64,000 bases of DNA from positions 32,491 through 96,490 of the forward strand of contig JAOAAX010000003.1 in assembly GCA_026418675.1 (NCBI GenBank), given 5' to 3'. Source of the stretch: Chthoniobacterales bacterium (GTDB lineage: Bacteria; Verrucomicrobiota; Verrucomicrobiia; Chthoniobacterales; DYNR01). The translations under genes and the position numbers were made by a program. The notes below the pieces were generated by a model. It searched no databases and had not been told where the DNA came from. It was given only the letters and a program-made list of their open reading frames with translations. Positions 41,265 through 51,835 of the stretch are shown here, in pieces (positions within the stretch are counted from its first letter, which is position 1; each line of letters starts with the position of its first letter).

Positions 41265-41597
41265 ATGTCAACTGGTAATGTTCTCGAGGTAACGGAATCG
41301 GAATTTGCTGATATAGTCCTGCAATCTTCAATTCCGGTTTTAGTGGATTTTTGGGCTCCATGGTGTGGGCCATGCCGTCAAATTGCTCCATTGATTGAAG
41401 ATATAGCTAAACAATATGAAGGGAAACTGAGGGTTGTGAAAGTAAACGTTGATGTTTCACCTAAATTGGCAACAGAATATGGAATTAATGCAATCCCTGC
41501 TTTGTTTATTTTCAAGGGGGGAGAAGTTCATTCCAAGTCGGTTGGTTTGGGATCGCGTGCAGAGTTAGTTCGCCGAATAGAAGCCACATTCGGGTGA
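41265..41597 (+). CDS. trxA: Thioredoxin
   Basis: VDFWAPWCGPC. Confidence 0.96.
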   Translation: MSTGNVLEVTESEFADIVLQSSIPVLVDFWAPWCGPCRQIAPLIEDIAKQYEGKLRVVKVNVDVSPKLATEYGINAIPALFIFKGGEVHSKSVGLGSRAELVRRIEATFG

Positions 41598-41612
41598 GAT
41601 GTTTTTGGTTTT

Positions 41613-42845
41613 GTGGTAAAGGAAAGCACTTTTGATTTAGAAGAAAGTCCGGCAATTCTTGCGCTGGAAGATGGGAGGGTTTTCGAAGGAATATCTTTTG
41701 GGGCGAAGGGGACGGCGACAGGCGAGGTTTGTTTTAATACTTCGATGACTGGCTATCAGGAAATTCTCACTGACCCTTCTTATCGTGGGCAAATAGTTAC
41801 AATGACGTATCCTGAAATTGGGAATTATGGTGTTAACAGCATTGACGAAGAATGTGATTGCCCACAGGTTCGCGGGTTTGTAATTGCTGAGCTTAGTCCT
41901 ATTGTTAGTAGTTGGCGTGCAACGGAATCCCTTGATTCGTATTTGCGTCGGCACTCAATACCGGGTATTCGTGGAGTGGATACACGTGCATTGACTAAAC
42001 ATCTGCGAAAATCCGGAGCTATGCGTGGTTGCATTACAAGTGATTTTTTGGATAAGAAAATGGCAATACAAATTGCCCAGGAATGCCCACCTATGGAAGG
42101 TGCTGATTTTGTGCGTGATGTTACTCCTGCTTGTGCTACTGACTGGGATTTTGATTCTTTAGCTAGTAGAAAATGGCTTCAAAAAAAGTATTTTTTTGAC
42201 AAAGAAGTCCAATTTGATGAAGTAGGAAATTGCTTTGAACCTTTGTCACCAGTTCTCTTTTTTGTTGTTGTTTTGGACTTTGGAGTTAAGAGAAACATTC
42301 TGCGATTATTGAGACAAAACGGGTGTAAGGTTAGACGAGTTCCATCAACAACAAGTGCCGAGGAAATATTATCTCTTAACCCTGATGGAGTTTTGCTGTC
42401 GAATGGACCTGGCGATCCTGCTGCATTAACCTATGCGCACAAGACTATTCGCGAATTAGTTGGCAAAGTCCCAATTTTTGGTATTTGTCTTGGTCATCAG
42501 CTCCTTGCACTTGCACTTGGTGGGCGGACATTCAAGTTAAAATTTGGCCATCGGGGGGCAAATCATCCTATTCTAGATACAACGACAAAAAAAATTGCTA
42601 TTACTTCTCAGAATCATGGGTTTGCTGTTGATCCAAACTCTCTTCCTCCTGAACTAGAGATTACTCATTGGAATTTAAACGACCATACTGTTGCTGGCTT
42701 GCAGCATCGCAAGTTTGCTGCTTTTAGCGTCCAATATCATCCAGAAGCATCACCAGGCCCTCACGATTCCGAGGATTTGTTCCGTCGGTTTATTGAATCG
42801 GTTCGGCAGGAAAAAAAAAGCAAAGGACGTAAATTTTATGGCTAA
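41613..42845 (+). CDS. carA: Carbamoyl-phosphate synthase small subunit
   Basis: FNTSMTGYQEILTDPSY, LSNGPGDP, GICLGHQ, QYHPEASPGPHD. Confidence 0.97.
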   Translation: MVKESTFDLEESPAILALEDGRVFEGISFGAKGTATGEVCFNTSMTGYQEILTDPSYRGQIVTMTYPEIGNYGVNSIDEECDCPQVRGFVIAELSPIVSSWRATESLDSYLRRHSIPGIRGVDTRALTKHLRKSGAMRGCITSDFLDKKMAIQIAQECPPMEGADFVRDVTPACATDWDFDSLASRKWLQKKYFFDKEVQFDEVGNCFEPLSPVLFFVVVLDFGVKRNILRLLRQNGCKVRRVPSTTSAEEILSLNPDGVLLSNGPGDPAALTYAHKTIRELVGKVPIFGICLGHQLLALALGGRTFKLKFGHRGANHPILDTTTKKIAITSQNHGFAVDPNSLPPELEITHWNLNDHTVAGLQHRKFAAFSVQYHPEASPGPHDSEDLFRRFIESVRQEKKSKGRKFYG

Positions 42846-43362
42846 GCTCACTATTATTTTACCGGACGGCAATAGTTTATCTCAGGAGCTAAATGAAGAA
42901 AAAACAACAATTGGCCGTCTTGCAGACAATGATATCCAAATTGAGGATAGTTCAGTTTCGAGTCATCACGCTGAGATACTAATGAGCGGATCTAGTGTTC
43001 TACTTCGGGACTTAAATTCTACAAATGGCACGACTGTAAATGACAATCCTATTTCTGAATGTATTTTAAGCGATGGTGATAAGATTCGTTTTGGGAATGT
43101 GAGTGTTATTTTCTCAAGCGATGAGAAAGAGGATAAGGGAGTTGCTACTGCTGATTCTGCTTTGATCGAACTTGTGCCTGGAAATTTTTCTATTAGACCA
43201 ATAGATTTTGTTTCTACATCTCCCTTTCCAAAAATTGGAGAAAAGAAGAACACATTGCGCACAGCAGCTTTAATCGTTGCGGCAGTTTCTTTGATTCTTT
43301 CTGCAATTTCGATTATTTGCACATTTACAATTTTGAGCTTACCAGAGTTTCCAGTCCCTTAG
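42838..43362 (+). CDS. FHA-domain protein with C-terminal transmembrane helix
   Basis: IGR, VSSHHA, DLNSTNGT, DGDKIRFG; C-terminal TM. ATG at 42838 overlaps the carA end. Confidence 0.9.
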   Translation: MAKLTIILPDGNSLSQELNEEKTTIGRLADNDIQIEDSSVSSHHAEILMSGSSVLLRDLNSTNGTTVNDNPISECILSDGDKIRFGNVSVIFSSDEKEDKGVATADSALIELVPGNFSIRPIDFVSTSPFPKIGEKKNTLRTAALIVAAVSLILSAISIICTFTILSLPEFPVP

Positions 43363-43394
43363 TTGAAGTAAAGGCTAGCTAAATTAGAAAATTC

Positions 43395-44183
43395 GTGTTA
43401 GCAAAACGTGTTATTCCTTGCTTGGATGTTAATAGGGGACGGGTTGTAAAGGGGGTTAACTTTGTGGATTTGGTTGATGCTGGGGATCCTGTCGAATGCG
43501 CTAAAAAGTATAATTCCCAAGGTGCTGATGAGCTTGTTTTTTTGGATATAACTGCTTCTAGCGATAACCGTGAAATAATGTTGGACGTAGTAGAGCGGAC
43601 TGCTTCTGAATGTTTTATGCCGCTAACTGTTGGAGGGGGGATTCGAAGCATTGAAGATTTTCGAAGAATGCTATTAGCTGGTGCTGATAAAGTAAGCATA
43701 AATACTGCAGCTATCTACAGGCCTGAACTGATTCAAGAAGCATCAAAAGCTTTTGGCTCGCAGTGTGTTGTTTTGGCTGTGGATGCTAAACGTGATAAAT
43801 CAATAGGGTGGCGCGTTTATTCTCATGGTGGTAAAAGACCAACGGAATTATCCGCAATTGAATGGATCATTCGAGGCGTTGAACTGGGTGCAGGTGAGAT
43901 TTTACTAACAAGTATGGATGCTGATGGGACACTAAACGGATACGATTTAGATTTAGTTCGCGCTGCAAGTGAGGCAGTTGAAGTGCCAATAATTGCAAGT
44001 GGCGGAGCAGGAAAGTTGGAACATCTAGTTGAAGTTTTACTAGAAGGTAAAGCTGATGCAGTTCTAGCAGCATCAATTTTTCATTTCGGAACTTATTCTG
44101 TTAGCCAAGTTAAAGAGTATTTAGCGTCTTACGGCATACCAGTTCGTTATTGTGAGAGATTCTCCCTTTCTTCTTGCACTTGA
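43395..44183 (+). CDS. hisF: Imidazole glycerol phosphate synthase cyclase subunit
   Basis: [46 protein letters not shown]. Confidence 0.97.
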   Translation: MLAKRVIPCLDVNRGRVVKGVNFVDLVDAGDPVECAKKYNSQGADELVFLDITASSDNREIMLDVVERTASECFMPLTVGGGIRSIEDFRRMLLAGADKVSINTAAIYRPELIQEASKAFGSQCVVLAVDAKRDKSIGWRVYSHGGKRPTELSAIEWIIRGVELGAGEILLTSMDADGTLNGYDLDLVRAASEAVEVPIIASGGAGKLEHLVEVLLEGKADAVLAASIFHFGTYSVSQVKEYLASYGIPVRYCERFSLSSCT

Positions 44184-44203
44184 AAGTTAAGAGGACGACT
44201 GGG

Positions 44204-44761
44204 TTAAAAGGAGATATGTTTATCTAAAATGTAGACTCGTGTGCCAACACCAATTGAATCGAAGAGATTAATAATATCCCTTGAGGCCATTCTTATACAA
44301 CCGAAGCTTGATGGATTTCCAAGAAGTTTTTCTTGGGGAGTGCCGTGGATATAGATGAAACGATTAAAGCTATTTTGGTTTTGTGGTTCTAAACCTTCAA
44401 GCCAAAGAATGCGGGTTACAATTGGATCACGGCCTGGTGCGTTTGGTGGAAGAATTTCACCAGTTGGTTGGCGCGATTTAAGAACTGCTCCAATAGGAAG
44501 TCCATCTCCAATTTTTTTGCGGATTCGAAGTTGACCAAGAGGTGTTGCATAACTGCCTGGTTGATCGCCAAGCCCAAACTTAGATGTAGATATCTTGTAT
44601 TCAGCAATTGGTTTTCTATCACGTGTGAGGATTAGTTTTTGTTCAGGAACACTAATCCAGATTTCGTGGCGCCAATCGCCAACGCATGATGAAAGTAAAC
44701 AAAATAATAACATGAAAAGTGAACGATTTGTTTTTTGGGAGAACATACTCAAATGAGGCAA
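44204..44761 (-). CDS. L,D-transpeptidase (YkuD family) lipoprotein
   Basis: ISVPEQKL, TPLG, IYIHGT...SFGCIRM catalytic His/Cys; LSSC lipobox. Start uncertain. Confidence 0.9.
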   Translation of the reverse strand: MPHLSMFSQKTNRSLFMLLFCLLSSCVGDWRHEIWISVPEQKLILTRDRKPIAEYKISTSKFGLGDQPGSYATPLGQLRIRKKIGDGLPIGAVLKSRQPTGEILPPNAPGRDPIVTRILWLEGLEPQNQNSFNRFIYIHGTPQEKLLGNPSSFGCIRMASRDIINLFDSIGVGTRVYILDKHISF

Positions 44762-45324
44762 AATGATTATTGGAAGAAGAAATAGATCTTAGTTATTTGC
44801 TAGGAGTTTATTATCAGTGACTTAAAATAAAAAATGGTTTGATGCAATTCTAATGCAGAAAAATATAGTTCGGCTTTTGGTGGTTTTGAAGGATTGTGAT
44901 TAAAAAAAACGAATTTTTATACAAATGGATAAAATTTAGCTTATTTCGTTGCAAAAAGTTTTGCTTATTTAGCGACTTTGGTTAACCGAAAAAAATTTAC
45001 TTCTTTTGAAAAGAGTAAAAAAAACTTTAGAAATACTTTTTGGATATTTATATCTTTTATATAACTTTAGTTGTAGAAATCAGATGAGATTTATAAAATT
45101 TGAGTTGTAAAAAAGACTTAAAAAATGCTTTAAAAATTAATGTTTTTGCCGAAGATAATGGCGAAATTATTTTGCACGTTATGGTTGGGCTTTACAAGTG
45201 TTCCTAACCATTTGCGGTAGCTTTATCCTGTCATTAACTACATCTCTTTTAAGGAAAAAATATTTTTGATTTATTGTGCTAATACAATTAAAAACATAAA
45301 AATAAAGTAGATAAAAAACATAAA

Positions 45325-46305
45325 ATGAAGTATATTTTTTGTTTTATAAGTTTAATTGTTTTTAGCCCGAGTCTTAATGCAATTGAACTGCTCAATGTTT
45401 CATATGATCCAACTCGGGAATTTTATTTAGAATATAACCAAGCTTTTTCAAAGTATTGGAAAGAAAAAACCGGGGAGGAAGTCATAATTAAACAATCACA
45501 TGGTGGTTCAGGTCGTCAAGCACGAGCAGTAATTGATGGATTGGATGCGGATGTTGTTACTCTTGCTTTAGCTGCTGATATTGATGCGATTGCTCAAGCT
45601 GGGTTGTTGCCAGTTAATTGGCAAAGTCGTTTGCCAATGAATAGTTCCCCCTATCGTTCCACCATTGCTTTTCTAGTAAGGAAAGGAAATCCTAAAGGAA
45701 TTCACGATTGGGGGGATCTCATAAAGCCTGGCATACAAGTTATAACACCAAACCCTAAAACCTCTGGCGTTGCTCGATGGAATTTTCTTGCAGCTTGGGG
45801 ATGGGCCTTAAAAAATTACGGTGAAGATGATAAAAAGGCTTTGGATTTTGTCAAAAAACTTTACAGAAATGTTCCGGTTCTTGATAGTGGAGCAAGAGGT
45901 GCAACTACTACATTTCAAGAGCGGAAAATTGGAGATGTTCTAATTAATTGGGAAAATGAATTGCTGCTAGCAATTAAACAATTTCCTGATGAATATGAGA
46001 TCATAATTCCCTCTCTTAGCATTTTAGCAGAACCAGTGGTTGCGCTTGTTGACAAAAATGTTGATAGAAAAGGAACTCGGAGCGTTGCTCAAGCATATTT
46101 GGAGTATTTGTTTTCCGATGAGGGTCAAAGAATTGCAGCAAAGCATTTTTATCGTTCTAGCAACCCGGAAATCTTGGCAGAATTTAAAACGCGTTACCCC
46201 GAAATAAAAACATTTACCATAGATGAGGTGTTTGGCGGATGGAGCAATGCGACCAAAAAGTTCTTCGATGAAGGAGCAATTTTTGATCAAATATATCTTA
46301 ATTAA
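45325..46305 (+). CDS. sbp: Sulfate ABC transporter substrate-binding protein
   Basis: LLNVSYDPTREFY, QSHGGSGRQAR, NPKTSG, SGARGAT, WENE. Confidence 0.95.
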   Translation: MKYIFCFISLIVFSPSLNAIELLNVSYDPTREFYLEYNQAFSKYWKEKTGEEVIIKQSHGGSGRQARAVIDGLDADVVTLALAADIDAIAQAGLLPVNWQSRLPMNSSPYRSTIAFLVRKGNPKGIHDWGDLIKPGIQVITPNPKTSGVARWNFLAAWGWALKNYGEDDKKALDFVKKLYRNVPVLDSGARGATTTFQERKIGDVLINWENELLLAIKQFPDEYEIIIPSLSILAEPVVALVDKNVDRKGTRSVAQAYLEYLFSDEGQRIAAKHFYRSSNPEILAEFKTRYPEIKTFTIDEVFGGWSNATKKFFDEGAIFDQIYLN

Positions 46306-46331
46306 CTACAGTTTTATACTTGATTCCAATA

Positions 46332-47165
46332 ATGTCTAATAAAAGACAAAGAATTCTTCCTGGTTTTCATTTAACGTTGGGAATTTGTTTAACATATTTA
46401 ACATTATTAGTTTTTATACCATTATCAACTATTTTTATACGTTCTTCTGGATTAGGATGGGAATCTTTTTGGCGAGCGATAACAAGCCCCCAAGTAATAG
46501 CCTCATACAAAGTGACATTCGGTATTTCTTTCTTAGCATCTTTAACAAATGCATTCTTTGGCTTTATTGCTGCCTGGGTTTTAAGTCGTTATCGTTTTCC
46601 TGGTCATGGTTTTTTTGATTCAATTGTAGATTTACCATTTGCATTACCTACAGCAGTTGCGGGTATTTCTTTAACAGCATTGTATTCGCAAAATGGTTGG
46701 ATAGGTCAGTTTTTATATCCATTAGGTATAAAAAGTGCATATTCATTAATTGGTATTTATATAGCTTTAACATTTGTTGGTTTCCCTTTTGTAGTCAGAA
46801 CGTTACAGCCCGTAATTGAAGGATTAGATAGAGAAATCGAAGAAGCTGGGGCATCACTTGGTGCTTCACGTTGGAAAGTGTTTTGGAAAATTGTGTTTCC
46901 CTCATTACTACCTGCATTGTTTACAGGATACGCTTTAGCTTTTGCAAGAGCAATTGGAGAATATGGATCAGTGATCTTTATTTCTGGCAATATGCCAATG
47001 CGAACTGAAATTACCCCGTTAGTGATTGTAAAGTTTCTCGAAAATTATCAATACCAGCAAGCTACTGCTGTAGCTTGTGTGATGCTTGTAATCTCCTTTC
47101 TAATCCTTCTAATTATAAATGCATTACAGCATTGGTCAGTGTTGATCGGCCAAGCCAAAAATTAA
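46332..47165 (+). CDS. cysT: Sulfate ABC transporter permease CysT
   Basis: VDLPFALPTAVAG, PFVVRTLQPV, EEAGASLGA, ARAIGEYGSV. Confidence 0.95.
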   Translation: MSNKRQRILPGFHLTLGICLTYLTLLVFIPLSTIFIRSSGLGWESFWRAITSPQVIASYKVTFGISFLASLTNAFFGFIAAWVLSRYRFPGHGFFDSIVDLPFALPTAVAGISLTALYSQNGWIGQFLYPLGIKSAYSLIGIYIALTFVGFPFVVRTLQPVIEGLDREIEEAGASLGASRWKVFWKIVFPSLLPALFTGYALAFARAIGEYGSVIFISGNMPMRTEITPLVIVKFLENYQYQQATAVACVMLVISFLILLIINALQHWSVLIGQAKN

Positions 47166-47194
47166 AATATAGTTGATAAATTTATCAAAATTAA

Positions 47195-48061
47195 ATGGAA
47201 GGGAATACTCGGTTTCGCATATTTAGACCACCTAAAACTAATTCTGCTACTAATGAGCCAATTTATATTCGTTTTTTACTTATTTTAATTATGTTTATTT
47301 TTTTTATTTTATTTTTATTAATGCCGCTTATTACAGTTTTTTATGAAGCTTTTAAGCATGGATTTTCAATGTATCTAAATGCTTTAAAAGATCCCTTTGC
47401 TTGTGATGCAATCATTTTAACCTTAAGTATTGCTTCAATTTCAGTTCCTTTGAACTTAATTTTTGGTTTAGCAACTGCTTGGTTAATAACAAAATTTGAT
47501 TTTTACGGTAAAAGTTTATTAGTAACTTTTCTTGATTTGCCTTTTGCTGTTTCTCCTGTTATAGCAGGATTATTGTTTGTTTTATTATTTAGTCCTACTC
47601 ATGGATGGTTTTCTGATATTTTACGCTTTTTTGATATACGGTTGATATTTGCATTGCCTGGAATGGTTATTGCTACTACTTTTGTAACATTACCGTTTAT
47701 AGCACGTGAACTAATACCCGCGATGCAAGCTCGAGGTAATCAAGAAGAGTATGCTGCCATTACATTAGGAGCTAGCGGATGGAAGACTTTTTTTAATGTA
47801 ACATTACCAAATGTCAAAGGGGCTCTTTTTTATGGTATTGTTTTATGCAATGCTCGAGCTATGGGTGAGTTTGGTGCTGTTTCTGTTGTTTCTGGTAATA
47901 TTAAAGGCAAAACAAGCACAATACCGCTTTACATCGAAACTCTTTACATGGAATATAAAACACAAGCCGCATTTGCTCTATCATCATTGCTTACTCTTCT
48001 AGCTTTATTTACTTTGTTCATAAAAAAATGTATTGAGTTTAGTTACAAAAAGAGAATTTAA
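47195..48061 (+). CDS. cysW: Sulfate ABC transporter permease CysW
   Basis: [38 protein letters not shown]. Confidence 0.95.
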   Translation: MEGNTRFRIFRPPKTNSATNEPIYIRFLLILIMFIFFILFLLMPLITVFYEAFKHGFSMYLNALKDPFACDAIILTLSIASISVPLNLIFGLATAWLITKFDFYGKSLLVTFLDLPFAVSPVIAGLLFVLLFSPTHGWFSDILRFFDIRLIFALPGMVIATTFVTLPFIARELIPAMQARGNQEEYAAITLGASGWKTFFNVTLPNVKGALFYGIVLCNARAMGEFGAVSVVSGNIKGKTSTIPLYIETLYMEYKTQAAFALSSLLTLLALFTLFIKKCIEFSYKKRI

Positions 48062-48068
48062 ATTTTTA

Positions 48069-49127
48069 ATGAGCATCCAAGCTTATAATGTTTACAAGAC
48101 CTTTGGAAGTTATAAAGCACTTAAGGGAGTAAATCTTGACATACCAGAAGGTAAGCTTGTTTCATTGTTAGGGCCTTCAGGATCCGGTAAAACAACTTTA
48201 TTGAGAATTTTAGCAGGTTTAGAATTTCCTGATGAGAATAAAAATACTCAAATTATATTTCATGGTGAAGATGTTACATATATCCCTGCTGGTAAACGAC
48301 GAATAGGCTTTGTTTTTCAACACTATGCTTTGTTTCGCAATATGACTGTTGCTGAGAATATTGCTTTTGGTTTATCTTGTAAACCTAAACGAGAACGCCC
48401 TTCATCCGAAGAAATTCGTTATAAGGTCAATCAGTTAATTGAACTCGTTCAGTTAGAAGGTTTAAATAACCGATATCCAAGTGAGCTTTCTGGAGGTCAA
48501 CAACAGAGAGTTGCGCTCGCAAGGGCATTAGCTGTTAATCCTCGGGTGCTCTTACTTGACGAACCTTTTGGTGCTCTTGATGCAAAGGTTCGTAAAGAAT
48601 TACGTCGGTGGTTAAGGAAGTTTCAAGAGGATATAAAAATTACAACAGTTTTTGTTACACATGATCAAGAAGAAGCTCTGGAATTGGCGGATGTAGTTAT
48701 TATTTTGAATAAGGGAGAAATTGTTCAAATAGGCTCACCACAGGAGGTTTATGATTCACCAGCTTCCCCTTTTGTGATCGAATTTCTAGGAAACGTTAAT
48801 AAGTTAAAAGGTGGCTTAAATAATATACCTAATGTAATTAGAAATACAGGTATTCTTTATGTTCGTCCTCATGATGTAGATATTCAACTTCAAGTGGAGT
48901 CTGAAACGGATTATGTTTTACCTGCTATAGTTCGTCATATTTTCTCAGCGGGGAATTATGGACGTGTTGCTTTGGAAAGCCTTCCTCAACGTGAACCTTT
49001 TGAAGCAGAAATTTCACGAAATCGTCTGAGAGACTTGGACCTAAAACCAGGATTAAAAGTCTTTGTAGTTTTCCGTCATGTGAGATTATTTGAAAATGAT
49101 TCAGTATATCGGGAGATAAAAATTTAA
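48069..49127 (+). CDS. cysA: Sulfate ABC transporter ATP-binding protein
   Basis: [41 protein letters not shown]-terminal TOBE-like domain. Confidence 0.95.
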   Translation: MSIQAYNVYKTFGSYKALKGVNLDIPEGKLVSLLGPSGSGKTTLLRILAGLEFPDENKNTQIIFHGEDVTYIPAGKRRIGFVFQHYALFRNMTVAENIAFGLSCKPKRERPSSEEIRYKVNQLIELVQLEGLNNRYPSELSGGQQQRVALARALAVNPRVLLLDEPFGALDAKVRKELRRWLRKFQEDIKITTVFVTHDQEEALELADVVIILNKGEIVQIGSPQEVYDSPASPFVIEFLGNVNKLKGGLNNIPNVIRNTGILYVRPHDVDIQLQVESETDYVLPAIVRHIFSAGNYGRVALESLPQREPFEAEISRNRLRDLDLKPGLKVFVVFRHVRLFENDSVYREIKI

Positions 49128-49210
49128 TTAAAAATTTGGTTTCATTTACCGTGCGTTGATTTATAAGCGAATATTTTAAAAATTAAGTAAAATAATTTTT
49201 TAAAGACTCC

Positions 49211-50749
49211 ATGTCAAGGGTTAAAATAATCCCTTTCGATAGAGCAAAACAGCTTTTTTCTGAGTTACGCTCTCAAGGCAAAAAAATCGTCCAATGTCAT
49301 GGAACTTTCGACCTGATTCATCCGGGACATATTTATCATTTGGAAGAAGCTAAAGAGTTAGGGGATGTGCTTGTGGTGACTGTTACGGCTGAAAAATACG
49401 TGAACAAAGGACCAGGTCGTCCTTATTTTAATGATTTTTTGCGTTCTAAAAGCTTGGCAGCTTTGGCGTGTGTGGATTATGTAGTTTTGGTTCCTTTTCC
49501 TGCGGCAAAGGAGGCGATTGAGTGTGTTCAACCGCATATTTATTGTAAGGGCAGGGAGTATGAAGACCCGGAGAATGACCCCAGTGGGAAGATTCAGGAG
49601 GATGTTGCTACGGTAGAGGCTTTAGGGGGACAGGTGCGGTTTATTGGCAGTGTGGTTTTTAGTTCCTCTAAATTAATTAATCAGCATTTTGATGCGGTTC
49701 CAGAAGGGGTGAAACTTTTTTGCCAAAAGTTGGCGAGGAGCTGTTCACCAAAAGATTTTCGTAAGGAGGTAGAGAGTTTTGCAGACTTAAAGGTTTTGGT
49801 TTTGGGTGATGTGATCTTTGACCGATACACGTATGTTACCGTACAGGGGTTAACTTCTAAGAATCGTATTCTTTCGACAAGGATGTTAGATGAGGAAACC
49901 CACTCTGGCGGAGCTCTAGCAGTGTATCGGCACGTAAGGCAGTTCACATCCCATGTGGATTTTTGTTCGATTGTTGGCAGTGACCGATGGACGCACGAAA
50001 TGATAGAGGGGATCGTGCCGAAGGAAAATGACCTTACTCTGTATGAAGAAGGATTCACTACTATAATCAAACAACGCTTCATTGAAGATAGTGGTGCTGG
50101 GAAAGAATTGTTAAAGCTCTTTGCTGTGAATGTAATTGATTCTGAGCACCCTGGGCGTGAGGTTGCAGATAAGTTGTTAAAAATTTTAGAAAAGAACATA
50201 AAGAAGTATGATTTAGTGATTGTGGCTGATTTTGGGCACGGAACAATGCTGGAACAGGTTCGACGATTTGTCGAAGCTAAGGCAGCTTTCATGTCATTGA
50301 ATTGTCAAACGAATTCTAATAATTATGGTTTTAATGTAATAAATCGGCAGTATCGTCGAACAGACGCTTTCTCATTGGATGAAAAAGAATTAATTCTAGC
50401 CTATGGCCGCAAACAGCTACGTCATCCGGAAGATTTGATGAATTTAAAGGTTCACTTTGGTGCTGAGACAGCTTGGTGCACAAGAGGAGCCGATGAATCG
50501 ATAGGTATTAGAACTGGAGAGGAACCGGTGTTTTTAATGGCAATGGAAACACGGGTTGTAGATACAGTGGGAGCAGGAGATGCTTTTTTTTCGGTTGCTT
50601 CACTTTCTGCATGCCGAGGACACTCTGCAGCATTAAGTACTTTTATAGGTCAATTGGCAGGTGCTCATGCTGTAAGGATCGTAGGAAATCGCGAACCAAT
50701 ATCTAAAGCTCGCTTACTTAAGAGTGGAATGACACTATTAAATTTGTAA
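49211..50749 (+). CDS. Bifunctional nucleotidyltransferase (N) / PfkB-family sugar kinase (C); HldE-like with reversed domain order
   Basis: HGTFDLIHPGH, KGPGRP, KGREY, SSSK; then KVLVLGDVIFD, DFGHG, DTVGAGDAFF. Confidence 0.88.
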   Translation: MSRVKIIPFDRAKQLFSELRSQGKKIVQCHGTFDLIHPGHIYHLEEAKELGDVLVVTVTAEKYVNKGPGRPYFNDFLRSKSLAALACVDYVVLVPFPAAKEAIECVQPHIYCKGREYEDPENDPSGKIQEDVATVEALGGQVRFIGSVVFSSSKLINQHFDAVPEGVKLFCQKLARSCSPKDFRKEVESFADLKVLVLGDVIFDRYTYVTVQGLTSKNRILSTRMLDEETHSGGALAVYRHVRQFTSHVDFCSIVGSDRWTHEMIEGIVPKENDLTLYEEGFTTIIKQRFIEDSGAGKELLKLFAVNVIDSEHPGREVADKLLKILEKNIKKYDLVIVADFGHGTMLEQVRRFVEAKAAFMSLNCQTNSNNYGFNVINRQYRRTDAFSLDEKELILAYGRKQLRHPEDLMNLKVHFGAETAWCTRGADESIGIRTGEEPVFLMAMETRVVDTVGAGDAFFSVASLSACRGHSAALSTFIGQLAGAHAVRIVGNREPISKARLLKSGMTLLNL

Positions 50750-50772
50750 GCCTTTAAGTTTTTCATACCATA

Positions 50773-51735
50773 ATGAAACATATATTAGTTACGGGTGGTT
50801 GTGGATATGTGGGGACACCCCTAACAAAAAGTCTTTTAGAGGCAGGATATTCAGTAACCGTTTACGATATTCAATGGTTCGGAAATTATTTAGAACATCA
50901 TTCAAATTTAAAAGTTATAAAAGGTGATATTCGCGATGTTAATAAAATTCCAATGGATGGAATTGATGTAGTCATCCATCTTGCGAACATAGCAAATGAT
51001 CCATGTTCAGAAATTGACTCCAAATTGAATTGGGAAGTAAATGTCTTAGCAACTCAGTTTCTAGTTGAAAGTGCAGTTTCTCATGGAGTTAAGCAATTTA
51101 TTTACGCCAGTTCAGGAAGTGTTTATGGGATTAAAGAAGAACCTGAAGTAACCGAGGAACTAAGCCTAGTTCCGATTACTGATTATAATAAAACTAAAAT
51201 GGTTAGTGAAAGAATTTTGCTGAGTTATGCCGATAAAATTTGTGTAAATATTATTCGTCCTGCAACAGTCTGCGGTTATTCACCGAGGATGAGACTCGAT
51301 TTAACTGTCAACCTACTTACTTTCTCTGCTTTGTATAAAGGAAAAATAACGGTTTTTGGTGGAAATCAGACTCGACCAAATATTCACATTCGAGATATGG
51401 TTAGGGTTTATCATTTCTTTTTGGAAAACGGATTTAGCTTACCAGGCATATTTAATGCAGGATTTGAAAATTTAACAGTCCTTGAGATTGCAAAGATGGT
51501 GCAAAAATATATTCCTGCTGAAATCGAGATTCTTGATTCCAATGATCCTCGCTCCTATCGTCTGTCTTCGACAAAGCTACTTTCTGCAGGTTTTGAGCCG
51601 AAGTCAACGGTTGATGATGGCATTCAGGAAATAATTTATGTGTATCGCAAAGGAAATTTGAAGGATGAAAGAATTTATTATAATATAAAAACAATGGTTG
51701 ATCTAGTTAAAAAAGGAGAAATAATCTTGGTATAA
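50773..51735 (+). CDS. NAD-dependent nucleotide-sugar epimerase/dehydratase (extended SDR)
   Basis: TGGCGYVG, ASSGSVYG, YNKTK (YxxxK), RPATVCGYSPRMRLDL. Confidence 0.9.
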   Translation: MKHILVTGGCGYVGTPLTKSLLEAGYSVTVYDIQWFGNYLEHHSNLKVIKGDIRDVNKIPMDGIDVVIHLANIANDPCSEIDSKLNWEVNVLATQFLVESAVSHGVKQFIYASSGSVYGIKEEPEVTEELSLVPITDYNKTKMVSERILLSYADKICVNIIRPATVCGYSPRMRLDLTVNLLTFSALYKGKITVFGGNQTRPNIHIRDMVRVYHFFLENGFSLPGIFNAGFENLTVLEIAKMVQKYIPAEIEILDSNDPRSYRLSSTKLLSAGFEPKSTVDDGIQEIIYVYRKGNLKDERIYYNIKTMVDLVKKGEIILV

Positions 51736-51835
51736 ACGTAATGAGTTTAATTATTAATTACAAATCATAATAAAAGTAAGGAAATAAGAATAATTCAAAG
51801 TATTTTAATGTCACATTAATTATACATTAACCTTT

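Noticed and set aside
42691-42837. N-terminal extension of the FHA ORF
   Set aside because: It overlaps the carA catalytic C-terminus; ATG 42838 gives a clean FHA start.
10507-44183. Solitary trpD, purK, carA and hisF outside their usual operons
   Set aside because: Dispersed biosynthetic genes are common in this kind of genome and are not evidence of new function.
45140-45260. SAM-I riboswitch upstream of the sulfate transporter
   Set aside because: The conserved SAM-I core elements could not be found; only generic hairpins, reported separately.
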